64,000 bases of DNA from contig NC_134028.1 in assembly GCF_964204645.1 (NCBI RefSeq), positions 17,553,653-17,617,652 on the forward strand, in the 5' to 3' direction. The position numbers and the translations under genes are program-made. Positions 36,501-48,511 of this stretch are shown in pieces. The notes under the pieces were generated by a model that saw only the letters and a list, made by a program, of their open reading frames with translations, ran no database searches and was not told the DNA's origin. This DNA comes from Tubulanus polymorphus. Its lineage: Eukaryota; Animalia; Nemertea. How positions within the stretch are numbered: the first letter of the stretch is position 1; each line of letters begins with the position of its first letter.

Positions 36501-37463
36501 AGGCACTTATGTAGTGGGCTTTTATATACGTATATATCAATTGAAACCTCAATATGAGGTTCAGTATTTTGTTAAATTTTTTATCTGTAGGCAAATATTG
36601 CCTGTATGATTTTGAATTTTTGTTGGTAAATTTTTTATCTTTAGGCCTAGTCAAATATCTCTTAAAGAGATAATATTTTGGTAATTTTATACTGTTCAGT
36701 TATGAAAATGACCATCTTAATTTGAGATGTGGAATTATGATAATGTCCTGTATCATTTATCTTCTCTCTATTAGTCTGAGGCGTTGTTCTCCAATCCAAT
36801 CAGTGTAAAAGACATACAATAGTGAATTGATACACAATGAAACCATTTATTCTTCAGATGAGTTTCTACATGGACAAGATTATGCTTAGAGCATTGTGTT
36901 TCTGTTCTGCAGTGGGTTGTATTTTGGCTACACTGTCTACTTGAGGGACAGTTTCTTCTGCAAGACCTTCCTCCAAGTAATTGATGAAATCTTCTTCGCT
37001 TGTCAAGACAAATATTGTGCAGAACAAATACACTAGAAATGAAGGAAACGATTCGCTTTATGTCAATCATGTTGATATATTTCAACCGACGGAAGCTTCC
37101 CTTCGCAACACCGAAAGCATGTTCTATTGGTATTTGCATAGAGCTTTGCTTATGATTATAATCCTTTTTAGCATGGCTTAGGTTACCAGTGTCTTTATAC
37201 GGTACCATCATGAAATCTGTTATCGGGTAGGCAGAGTCTCCAAGAATGTGGCTGTTATCAGGGAACATTTTTGATCGAGTTAAAGGATTTTCAACCAAAG
37301 AGCAGAACGGACTGTTACTATATACCCTGGCATCATGCGAGGGCCCTGGCCAACTAACGAATATTTCAGTGAAGTATAGTTCATGGTCACAAATAGCCAT
37401 ACAATTGATGTAGTGGAATTTCTTGCATTCGATGTATGTTTCTGGGTCCTTAATCGGTCCTCC

Positions 37464-39611
37464 CAGGGAAGTGTGATGAGATGGAATTCGGACGCTATTG
37501 TGCAGCTCTTGTCGAATGTGCGTTGTAATTGCCCTAAAGCCGATAACGGTTCGTCGGCGAGCGCTTTGTTACGTAACGCGCCGATAAGCGATAACCAGCG
37601 AGATCGGGAATCTCCGTAATAATTCAGTTGTTTCCGAATATCGGTTTTTCATCCCATAATAAACTTATATAAAAATTCCTCTGTAAACTGGTTAAACTCA
37701 AACCTGATTTCCCCTCATCAATTTTAGTCGATCAACTTGTATTCACAATTGTCTTAAATTTAAGTGCCCCCTAGTTTGTCTCTTAACTGCTTCTCTTTAA
37801 TCTGTTTTAGCGTGTAACTGTTTCTACGTTAATTTTCCTTTAGTTTGTATCATCTGTGATTACTTGAATTAGTCTCTTTGTCTCTGGATTGTATATATCT
37901 CTCATAATTTCTGTAGTATTCATTATTTCTGAAGATGGCTATTAGGACATAGACGAAACGTTGAATATACTACTAACATTTTTGGACTTTTTCGTTATCA
38001 TTGTGCGATCTCTACATCGCTTCAGACGGATATAGTGTTTTATCAATCGTGATATCGGTTCTTTCCGCTGTATTAAAATGGCAACGGTTGTCAACGAAAT
38101 TATAAATGATGACGATTTTGACGAACTATTCTTTGATAGTGACGAATTGGTTCAGATCGATACGGAAATATTAAGGGAATCCTCTGGATCAGGATCAACT
38201 AATTCGGCCGATTCTAGTGAGTGTTATTCCTTTTGAATCAATGAAATATCGGAATAGTTTCCACCTAATTGCAGGCACTTTATTCTTTCCTTTTCTTTTT
38301 CATATAGGTACTTCTCAGGCTCAGCTGACCAGAGACTGCGATCTGAACACGAGAAAACACACATACAGGTATTTTTTACATTTATTTTTATAATCAATAC
38401 AATCCTTTTAGGTTATAAAATAATAAACGAATACAGAAAATAATATATAAACATAATATAAAAAATCCAGATAAGTACATGTTAAAATAATAATCATTAT
38501 TATTATTTTCGCAGGAACACTATATATTTGGAAAAGGCTATGACTGAAGTGATTAACCATCGAGTATTTAAATTCAGTTCAAATGGAATGGCAGCAGTAC
38601 ATTATGGAAAATCGATCGATAAAATTTTGGCTACAAATACGTCGCCGTCCAGACTTGGAATTAACCAGTGGTTTACATGTCCATTGTTTTAATTTGATAG
38701 TCACAGGGACAGTTTTTTTAACGTTTTTGTTCTTACGCCATTTTTGTAATTTGACACGACACATATTAGATATATATCGGGTACTGTTCAGTATCATCAT
38801 CAAAATCAATGTTGAACAACTCCTTCACATGGCTTTTGAAATTATTTTTATCGATAGGACGACGATCCGGAGGTTTCGCATTTTTTCCACACAATCGACA
38901 AAGATCCATGACTAAAAACAAGAAAAGGTTAATTAAATGAGATTGCTGATGCTATTTAGGCAACTTGGTTTATATGGGGGACAATAACTTGTAGGCCTAA
39001 TGTAAGCGTTATTAAGTAACATTATTATGTAGTAAATACACATTTTAAAGATCACTTCGTGTATATGTTTGTGTCGTAACATAGCAACATGACGTCAGAA
39101 ACGAAAGCTGCGCGAGTCTGGGCCGAAATATTTGACATCTTCAAGGCCCAAATAACGCTAAACCCGGAATCGGAACGAACTGGCAAAAACATATGTTTAA
39201 CACATAAAAATAGACTTTAATCACAATATAAATACTTAATGTTCCGATACCGGGTTTCGGAGATATAGAAGAGTAAAAATACATACCTTTTTGGACAAAT
39301 TTTACGAGAAATTGTTGAATTTCAACCGATTTTCTAAAGAAAAATATGTGTATACACAGCCACTTCCACGTTGTTCAATGAACTGCAGTGCGCATGCGTA
39401 GTATCGATCGCAGAACATTTATCGGGCTAAAACTATTGCGGGTTGTTCTGCGACCAAATCAAAGTTGATGTTGACTGGTGTTCAGCTGGTAACACACACT
39501 CGATAAGCGTAGCTTACTGCTGTTGCGGTAACCTTTGATGTACGGGCTGAATTGAATAGCCTACATCCGGCAATTAAAAGCGTCCGTATTCCATCTCATC
39601 ACACTTCCCTG
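37464..39611. mobile_element. Non-autonomous TIR element (33-bp TIR, GTCCTCC duplication)
   Basis: CAGGGAAGTGTGATGAGATGGAAT(T/A)CGGACGCT at both ends; GTCCTCC at 37457-37463 and 39612-39618. Confidence 0.88.
37924..37967 (+). ncRNA. Hammerhead ribozyme motif in a second Penelope-like pLTR remnant (~37650-38020)
   Basis: TATTT-CTGAAGA-T-GGCTAT(TAGGAC)ATAGAC-GAAAC-GTT-GAATA, preceded by a T-rich 3'UTR-like tract. Confidence 0.55.
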
Positions 39612-40724
39612 GTCCTCCTAAAGGTATATGTGTGCTCCCAAGACTTTAAGAAACCCTTTCTTCCGTGAAAAACCATCCATCACCTTCTGTACTCGACTCG
39701 TGTTTTATGAATGTTGACATCTGCAGTTGTTTATTTATCAACAAAGAGATGGATGCTGAAAAATAGAGATGCTAGAGATGCTAGTAGGAAATATCCGGAA
39801 TTCCGGAAATTTAGGATCACCGATGTCAATTCCGGAAATTTGGTGAGAATTCCTCGCGGCGACCAGTAATGGCACGAGTAATAGGGGTTTAGTTGGTTCA
39901 AGCCAAAGGTCGAACGGTCGAGCTCGTAAAAAATGAAAAACATGAAATTAATAACAATTTCTACTTGAATTAGTCGCGAAACTCATAAAAATGAACATTA
40001 TTTACATGAATTTCATTTATTTTAAAATCATTTATATGTTAATTACAAAAGTGTGAGTAATAATTCATATTTTAACAGATTTCTAATAAAAATATAAGTA
40101 AAATAAATGGATAACTAAAAGAATATAAAAGTGTGAGTGAAAAACATTATATTTCAGCAACAAATTTAGTGTCCGCAAGACATTATAAAATCGATAATAT
40201 TACTATGATTAATCAAATATTATCAAATGAAACATATTTAATTATTGAACTAGTAGATACTTTTGATAATGGCGTTAAAAATCCTAAATTGTTCAATACA
40301 GTTTTAAATTTTAAAGGAACTTTAGATGAAAACATAATTAATATTCTTAAAACTCCTTTCAATGAAAGAAATGATGATATAATACTTTCAAAAGATTACA
40401 ATGATTTGTTTAACTTAAGAATTGAAAAAAGACAATTATATTATCTCAATTTTGATAATAAACAAATTATCTATAATGAAAATTCATCAAATATTGGTAT
40501 TCAATGTGAATCAGTTAATAATAATTCTTATAAAGATATTGCAATTCAATGTGATTTAGAGAATGAATTCAAAAGATTTAATCGTAATGAAAAAATTCAT
40601 TGTTATTGCGGAGGTAAATATTAAAAATCACATAAATCAAAGCATTATGAACAATTCTACATTAAAAATAAATTAAATAATCAAATAATTATTGAATTGA
40701 GTTAAATGATTTAAATATCTAATA

Positions 40725-41545
40725 GACTGTTAAAATGTTTGACATTTGAAATGATATATTGTTTGACAGCTGAAATGATAAATTGTTCGACTGTTAAAAT
40801 GATAAATTGTTCGACTGTTGAAATGATAAAGTGTTTGACTGTTAAAATGATAAATTGTTTGACAGTTGAAATGATAAATTGTTTGACAGTTGAAATGATA
40901 AATTGTTTGACAGTTGAAATGATAAATTGTTTGACAGTTGAAATGATAAATTGTTTGACAGTTGAAATGTTAAATTGTTTGACAGATGAAATGATAATTT
41001 TTTTTGACAGTTGAAATGATAAATTGTTTGACAGTTGAAATGATAAATTGTCTGACAGTTGAAATGATAAATTGTTTGACGGTTGAAATGATAAATTGTT
41101 TGACGGTTATAATGATAAATTGTTTGACAGTTGAAATGATAAATGGTTTGACAGTTGAAATGATAAATTGTTTGACAGTTGAAATGATAAATTGATTGAC
41201 AGTTGAAATGATAAATTGTTTGACAGTTGAAATGATAAATTGTTTGACAGTTGAAATGATAAATTGTTTGGCAGTTGAAATGATAAATTGTTTGACAGTT
41301 GAAATGATAAATTGTTTGACAGTTGAAATGATCGATTGTTTGACAGTTGAAATAATAAATTGTTTTACAGTTGAAATGATAAATTGTTTGACAGTTGAAA
41401 TGATAAATTGTTTTACAGTTGAAATGATAAATTGTTTGGCAGTTGAAATGATAAATTGTTTGGCAGTTGAAATGATAAATTGTTTGGCAGTTGAAATGAT
41501 AAATTGTTTTACAGTTGAAATGTTAAATTGTTTGGCTGTAAATTT
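40725..41545. repeat. 24-bp tandem array (TTGACAGTTGAAATGATAAATTGT), about 34 units
   Basis: Directly visible; reads as LTVEMINC repeats with two frame breaks. Confidence 0.97.
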
Positions 41546-41658
41546 AATTGTTATTCGATTTAATCATTTAAAAGTTTAATATTTTAAAAATGATGATAAA
41601 ATGTTTAATTAAAAACTAGCAAATATTTTATAAACTGTTTAATTTTTCTCTTAAATAA

Positions 41659-41877
41659 ATGAATGGTTTCATCCCAACTGGGAAAAGTGATTTGAAACAT
41701 TATTTAGTAGCAGGAGGATTAATATTTGCTGCGCTTTTCTTTTATTATGAAAATATCAGTAAGGATTTGATTAATGAAAATATAAAATTGAGCAAGAAAT
41801 TAAAGAAGTTAAATGGAAACAATCACAAAAATAAAAAGAATAAAAAAGTTAATTTAGAAAATGATTTAGAGGATTAA
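41659..41877 (+). CDS. 72-aa single-TM protein
   Basis: TTTTTCTCTTAAATAAATG start; YLVAGGLIFAALFFYY helix followed by a basic/acidic tail. Confidence 0.5.
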   Translation: MNGFIPTGKSDLKHYLVAGGLIFAALFFYYENISKDLINENIKLSKKLKKLNGNNHKNKKNKKVNLENDLED

Positions 41878-41924
41878 AACAACGTCTTTTAATTTAATTT
41901 ATTCTATATATTTTGACTATAAAA

Positions 41925-42236
41925 ATGAGTGAAAATAAGGCATTAGAAATATTACATCTAATATATAAAAATCAACAGAATATTAAATCAATTATTATGA
42001 TTTCAGGTTTATTTTCATTCTCAGTTTATAGTATAAAACAGTTGTTAGAATTCTATGATTGCTGTAAAATTAGATACGCTGAATTAATAGAAAATATAAA
42101 TTATATTTCAGGTAGATTGAATAATATTAAATGCTGTGAAATATGCAATAAAAGATATAAAAATAAAAAGAGTTTGAGAAATCACATGTATCACATTGTA
42201 TATATACATGATGAAAAATTATATGAATCAAAATAA
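41925..42236 (+). CDS. Small protein with a hydrophobic segment and a C2H2 Zn finger
   Basis: CEICNKRYKNKKSLRNHMYHIVYIH; ATG at 41925. Confidence 0.45.
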   Translation: MSENKALEILHLIYKNQQNIKSIIMISGLFSFSVYSIKQLLEFYDCCKIRYAELIENINYISGRLNNIKCCEICNKRYKNKKSLRNHMYHIVYIHDEKLYESK

Positions 42237-43300
42237 GAAATCGACTGTTAAATTTGCTGAAAATATAAAATATATTAGTTGAAATGTATGAAAAATGAGT
42301 AAATTATATTCATATTAAAAAAGGGGGTTGGGGTATCAATGTATAAGATACCCTCATACCTACCTATGTATTAGATACCCTATTAGATGCCCTAATACCT
42401 AAAACCCTTTTTTTATTAACTTTTATTTTATACAATTTTTAACCAATTTATTTTTATTTTTATTTTTTCAACTAATATATGAATAAATTAAAGAATAATA
42501 AAGGTTCAAAATTATTACTTAGGCATATTAAATACGTATTAATGTATTAAATACATATTATGCTTTATTTCTGAAAATGAAGTCACAGCAGTAATTTATG
42601 TATTAATTTATTCAAATATGATATTGTAATTCTTTACATTAGACTAAAATAATACAAGCTGATACTAACTTATTCAAGGTAAAGTTTTTCTAGTATTATT
42701 CTAGTCAAATGTAAAGTAATTTAGTATCAATAAGAAATATTAGAAAAACTTTAGAATTGAATAAGTTAGTGTTGTTAAAGAGACCTATTGTTTTTCTAAT
42801 GTTTTTCTAATATTTCTTATGGTATAAAAAATAAATTTAACTGGCACTGGCTAGAGTGTAAGGACAGTAACGAGGACTACTTATCGAACTACATTCGTAA
42901 GATAGACTTAGCTGGCGTGGCTTACTGCGTCGTTTGTAAAGACCAGGTCAAATACTGTAGTGGCGGGAAAAAAGATATTCTTGTTAACCCGGATAGCGCG
43001 CGGCATAAGAAGGCAGCGAGGGATGTGAAGCACAACGAATGCCTGCCGTCGTATTTTCAGATGAAAGATGCCGATCGTGATACTGCATCTCCGGCGATGC
43101 AGAAACGCAAAATTTTTTCTGGGGGAGGACCCCAGATCCCCCCCGTTCTAAATTCCGGAATTTTGGTACTTTGGCCCTAGCATCTCTGAGGGTTAAGGAC
43201 TTCTATAATTGTGCTAGGCCAACTTACAGATTATTTCGAAAACTGTGGACTGCAACGTTAAACTTATCAGCTATTCGTATTATCAGTGTTGGTGTGGCAA

Positions 43301-43592
43301 CAGGGGCGGATCCAGGGCATGTTGTGACCATGTCGACCAATAAAAAGGGCATACATTCTTAATTTAGGGCAGAAAGGCATATCAGCAAAATTTTTGAAAT
43401 TTTACTATCATTTTAGAGCTTTCTGAGCATCTCTGAGTGGCATCTAGTCAAGAAAAATACGTTATATATTTAGGAAAAATATCTATTGTGTATCTCAGGT
43501 GGTTACAACGGCAAATTTTGATACAGAAAAAAAATTAAAAGGCACATTAATATTCCGACCGTGACGGTCGACATGGTCTAAATCCGCCCCTA
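43301..43592. mobile_element. hAT-like MITE (CAGGGGCGGAT termini)
   Basis: CAGGGGCGGATCCAG...CTAAATCCGCCCCTA; flanks GGCAA/GGCAG; interrupts the Harbinger frame. Confidence 0.78.
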
Positions 43593-43932
43593 GGCAGCAT
43601 AATAAATGTATGTCAGAACACGTTTCTCAATGCAAACGTAAGGTGTGGTTTTAACAATTCAACTAGTTTCATAAAGGTTTGTCTCTGTAAGCAAAATCTG
43701 CTCCTGAATTCGTCTAGTTCGTACAATCGACAGGTCACTTCGGCATAGTTTTCATCACGAGGTCGTTTTCTGTGCTTATTATATTGAGTTGATTCTGATG
43801 GCAGGAGTACATCAGTCGTGGCTGATTTCGGCAATTTGAGACCATTTCTGATCAAAGCGCTGCTTCTATCGGACGACAATTCCATCGAAATAGCGAAAAG
43901 TATAAGATCTTTGTTTTCTGGGTTCGCGTGAA

Positions 43933-45235
43933 TTTCAGCCCACTTGGGACTTTAGCTACTTTTCGTCGTTCGTCCGTCCGTAGTCGGAATCCAGTTATTT
44001 TGGGAAGTTTTGAAAACGCTTCAATTTAATGTCTTGATATTTGGTTTATACATGTATCTACCCTAGACACATCTTCAACCCAAAAACTGTCCCTATCAGA
44101 ATCAAGATGGCCGACTGGCAGCCATTGTTGTTCACCGAAATCAGCACTTTTTACACATTTTTGAAGTTTTTGAGGGAAATTTTGAAGATGCTTTGATCAT
44201 ATACCTTGATCTTTTGTATATATTTGAATCCACCAAGGGTTCATCAGTGTAAGAAAAATTGGGTCGTCCTATGACCTTTTTCGTGCCCAAAAATGTCAAT
44301 TTTGGTCGGAATTCTAGGTCCTGTAGCTTCCTACTGGTTTGCCATTTCTCATTGCAATTTGTGATGGGTATAGTTTGAAAGGGATGTTTCATACCTGAGG
44401 TACCAGGTATTTTTGATCTGCCAATTATGACACAATTGGCGGCCATCTTGGTGTCATCAGTAATCATTGGTAGGTGGGAAAAAGTTTTTTTCACATTATA
44501 TTGATACCTAAGCGTATTTTGTTACCACAATCATTTAGAAAATTGTAGATCATAACGTGTTCTATGATTGTGGTGAGTTTCAAGGTCATTGGTTTTTGTA
44601 TATGGCCACCGGGGGGCGTTGAATAATACACTAACTTAGTATTTCTATATTATATTTGTACATATGCATATTTTGTTACCACAATCAATTGCAAAGTTGT
44701 AGCTCATGACATCTCCCATGATTTTGGTGAGTTTTAAGGACATTAGTTATTCTATATAGTCACCCGGGGGCGTTGAACGGTAGAACAAATTAGTATTTCC
44801 TTATTAGATTGGTACCTAGGCATAATTTGTTACCATGATTAATTGCAAAGTTGTAGATCATGACATCGTCTGATTCTGGTGAGTTCTTAAGGACATTAGT
44901 TATTCTATATAGTCCCTGGGGGGTGTTGAATAGTAGAATAGTATTTCCTTATTAGATTGGTACCTAGGCAAATTTTGTTACCATGATCAATTGCAAAGTT
45001 GTAGTTCATGACATGTACTATGATTGTGGTGAGTTTTAAGGTCATTGGGTTTTGCATATGGTCACCAAGGGGCGTTGAATAGTAGAGTAACTTAGTATTT
45101 CCATATTAAATTCGTAACGAGGCATATTTTGTTATCACAATCAATTACGAAATCGTAGCTGCTGACATGTTCTATGATTGTGGTGGGTTTCAAGGTCATT
45201 GGTTTTTGTATATAGTCACCAGGGCGCGTTGAATA
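43933..45235 (+). mobile_element. Helentron-type HINE with about five ~154-bp tandem units, 3' truncated
   Basis: Colinear with 32115-32770; the motif TTTGTTACC/TTTGTTATC recurs at ~44517, 44671, 44826, 44973 and 45127; a further fragment lies at ~45955-46185. Confidence 0.78.
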
Positions 45236-47788
45236 TGTACAAAAAAATATGTATGATATTGGGCATTTTTTGCCAGTTTCAATGTTGCGCCATTTCGCAA
45301 GATTTCCAACAACACGGAAGTAACATTTGGTAAATCATGACTTGAATTAAATGACTTCCTACCATTCCTCGGTATTGTTCCGAAACCAAGCGTTCCTTAC
45401 TGACTGCAAATATATATGTCATTGTTGTTCGCCAAAATCAGCACTTTTTAAGCATTTTTAGGTCAGTCGTAGGGTTAGTCCATTAGTATACAAATGGAGC
45501 AAAGTTAAATGACATGGTTTCCAGAGCGAAGCCCTTTGACTGTGCTACTGAGCATATATTCCTACAAATCATTCAATAAAGCATCATCCATTCTCCAAAC
45601 CCTATGAAGCTGAATTTATATGAGTTTTTTTGCGAAAATCTGAATGCAAAGATAAGGTGTTAAAAAGCCTATCAGAATGCAAAGACTCCTCTATGATTGG
45701 CTTAGCAGCAGAGATCAGCAGGTTTTCACGTGAACCTCCGTTGTCGTCTAGTTTTACTTCCGCATTTTATTTTATGATTTTAAATTTGTATTTCAAGATC
45801 GATTTCTGTGAAATCTTCAGTTGATTTAGTTTTTGGGAGGAATATTTTTATTTGCACTACAGAAAATATCCGTGACAATTATGCATATATAACTCACAGA
45901 ATTGCATCATTTGCCATTTTATGCCAAAGCAGGCTGGTCATAGTGCCCCTTGGAGCTCTATTTCAAGTTTATGAGGGAAACTTAGAAGATGCTTCGATCA
46001 ATAATCTTCATCTTTCGTATATACACTGTATTTATATCAAGGGCCCATCAGTGTCAGAAAAATTGGGTCGATCGGACTCAAGGTGGCTGTCCTGTGACAT
46101 TTTTTGTTCCAAAAATATCAATTTTGGCCCAAATTTTGAGTCCTGTAGCTTCCTACTGGTTTGCCAATTTTCATTGAAATTTGTGATGCTTTCGCCATAT
46201 ACAGCAAGTCTGAAAGTAACTTGCAGTGACAAATTCTGAAATTCGAACCCTGCTTGATGGATTTTTTACATGTAGTGTGAGGTATGGGGCGGCTAAGATG
46301 GGGTTGGCTCTTGTCTTTTCATGTTAGGGTAGGCTATATGAACAGAAAATGAAAATTATCGCCACTCTGACCATCTGAACAACTTGAATAAGTAATAATG
46401 ACATTGAATATAGCTGCAAAACAGCAATCGGTCTTCTGACAAGTCATGCGACTGTTCGTATAGGAACGTAACAAAAAGTCAACAAACAGTTTTATGTTCG
46501 ATAAGAAACTGCACCCGGTGCTCTCTTAAAACAAGTGACTTGAACCACCAGTGTCCTAGATTTGTATTGCTGTGCTGTATGTGCAACATGTGATATTCCT
46601 GGCAGTCAGCCAGTGCTCAGTCAATCCATGAGGCTCCTGAAGGGTTATGCTGTTACCTTCACTACCCTGTCAATTTCATCCCAATCGGGTACTCTGCATG
46701 TAATGCAGTTCCCTTTACCTGATAATCATTTACGAACATGAATGATGGAAGGAAAGATGTCATTATTTATCAAGTGAATATGAAAATCAATAAAAACCTG
46801 CATAATTCTAAAATATCGCAAGGTAGACCCAGTGTGAGTTAAGCCGTTCGAACGAAACTATACTTCGACATCGGTCGTAAATATCAAATTTTACGGAAAC
46901 ACATGTGCAACTATCGTTTAAATATTGCCCATGTCGTCATATTCCGGGAGGTTCAATCAAAAGGGCAAATGACGTTGAGCAACAATATATGCCTAATGGG
47001 TAAATCGATGAATTTGAAGGTAACAGTTGTTTGACTTCTCAAAAAATTGTTGCGCTTGCATACGTTTTCGCCTGCTTACTGCCAGCAGTGTTCCCCTAGG
47101 GAGCAGTCAAAAATTTTATCAAAATAAAATGTTACCTAGTTTCATTGATATCCCTCCAAACCTGTTGAAATTGTTTTTGCAATTGTGAATTGCATTGTCA
47201 TCCATTGATAAAAAGTACATCCCGAAAAGCCTTCAAATTACCGGACAACCTCGAGCGTCAAACTCAACCGTAAATCGCAGATTCAGACTTACAATTAGTC
47301 CAGATCCGTCATTTACCGCGAACAATATACAGCCAACATGGCGAATGGTTGAAATGATTTTCAGCTTAAATTTATCGCAAATTTATGGTGATTTTAGGAC
47401 TTAAATGAACTATGATCCCTAAAATGAGTCAATTGAGTTACGTTGGCTACATTTCCTGAAGATTTCTGGCTCAAATCAACGTAATATGGACAGAAATGGT
47501 AGGGATTTTCATATGTGATTTTACTTTCGCGTTCACATGACGACTCGGATCGATGACAACGACAGCAGAGTTTATGTAATTTAAGGTGAGGATCCACTAA
47601 ACAGGGAATGTTAGACATGATTTCTTGGTCTAACTGCAGTTAAGGTCACCTTTCCACTGGGTGGTGCTGTGATATGAGTACATATGGTAGGTAACGAGTA
47701 CTGGGCAAAGCCATGATCACTGTTGGCTACCTACTTGCCTAATGCCTAGCTATTTGGGGGATATGCCAAAAAAGGTTTAGGCCCATAA

Positions 47789-48511
47789 CTCTTTGCCTGC
47801 CAGGCCTATTTTTCAGGAAATGCTGCGCTTTGCCAGGATTTCCGTGTTTTTCAGATATTCATCAGGGGCGGATCTAGGGGGGATGTCGGGGTGTCCGGAC
47901 CCCCCCCCTCTCAACTTTGAAGTGCCCTCAAAATGTCACCCACAAAATTTTTTTGACCAAGGTTTTCCACCTATAATATTTTTTCAACACATGAAATGAC
48001 CGAAACCACCCCCTAAAACTGTGTAGAAGTATCCGGAGTACGTGGTGTTTCGTAAAAAGTGCCCCTTTTTCTCATTGGACACCCCCCCCCCCCATGGAAA
48101 ATCCTAGATCCACCCCTGTTCATAAAACAAAAACTAAAAGAAATATCTTCATCAAATTTGTTTTATTTTGTTCATCTGGTCTTGCTTTTTCATGTGAAAT
48201 AAGCTAAAAGCTTTCTTCTAAAAGTGATACAATCTGCAGCAATCTCTAGTGCAGAGGGAGTATTTTGCATGAAATATGCCCATTCATGCGTGTTCAGCAC
48301 CCATTTCAATAGATGACGTCACTGACACACTGCATAGAATGACTAATGGTAGTGTGTTTTAGTAGAAAGGGCATTCAACTAAGTGGTGTTGTGCGATGAA
48401 TTCGCCATCTATCGTTAAAGTTAAGGAACATGTCAACCGTACCAGTACGTTTTTGGCAGGCAAGTCATGGGAGATATCGAACGTACCAGTACGTTTTTGG
48501 CAGGCAATGAG
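47789..48511. mobile_element. piggyBac-type MITE
   Basis: ATAA|CTCTTTGCCTGCCA...TGGCAGGCAATGAG|TTAA; subterminal tandem duplication at 48437-48508. Confidence 0.65.
47863..48118. mobile_element. hAT-like MITE with 5-bp TSD
   Basis: TTCAT|CAGGGGCGGATCTAGG...CCTAGATCCACCCCTG|TTCAT. Confidence 0.85.

Larger units (their letters stand above)
39877..42820 (+). mobile_element. Very AT-rich Polinton-related segment inside the hAT element
   Basis: Starts AGTAATAGGGG...GCCAAAGGTCGAACGGTCGAGCTC, like the Polinton IR arm; TAAATG-started ORFs (40107, 41659); C2H2 ORF 41913-42236; hairpins; 46-bp exact piece of the ATPase gene. Confidence 0.65.
39764..43188 (+). mobile_element. hAT-like element with a transposase N-terminal remnant
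   Basis: TAGAGATGCTAG / CTAGCATCTCTG termini; subterminal TTCCGGAA repeats; GIKNKFNWHWLE...IRKID..GVAYCVVC...Y.SGGKKD...H Zn-finger fragment at ~42821-43060; no TSD found. Confidence 0.68.
36950..43885 (-). pseudogene. PIF/Harbinger DDE transposase split into four pieces (43593-43885, 43189-43300, 39612-39763, ~36950-37463)
   Basis: NYAE...EFRSRFCLQRQTF; LAT...IADKFNV; HIPLGGP..PETY; WPGPSHDARV, ILGDSAYP, IEHAFG..K..FRRL and LHNIC, in the correct order. Confidence 0.82.

Noticed and set aside
40725-41545. CRISPR-like array or LTVEMINC repeat protein
   Set aside because: Units are contiguous with no unique spacers and no cas genes; the frame is broken twice and the context is eukaryotic.
42838-42848. 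Apparent Polinton right end ACT plus near-TSD GGCACT matching GGCACG at 39871-39876
   Set aside because: These bases lie inside the hAT transposase frame (KFNWHWLE) and no right TIR precedes them; likely coincidence.
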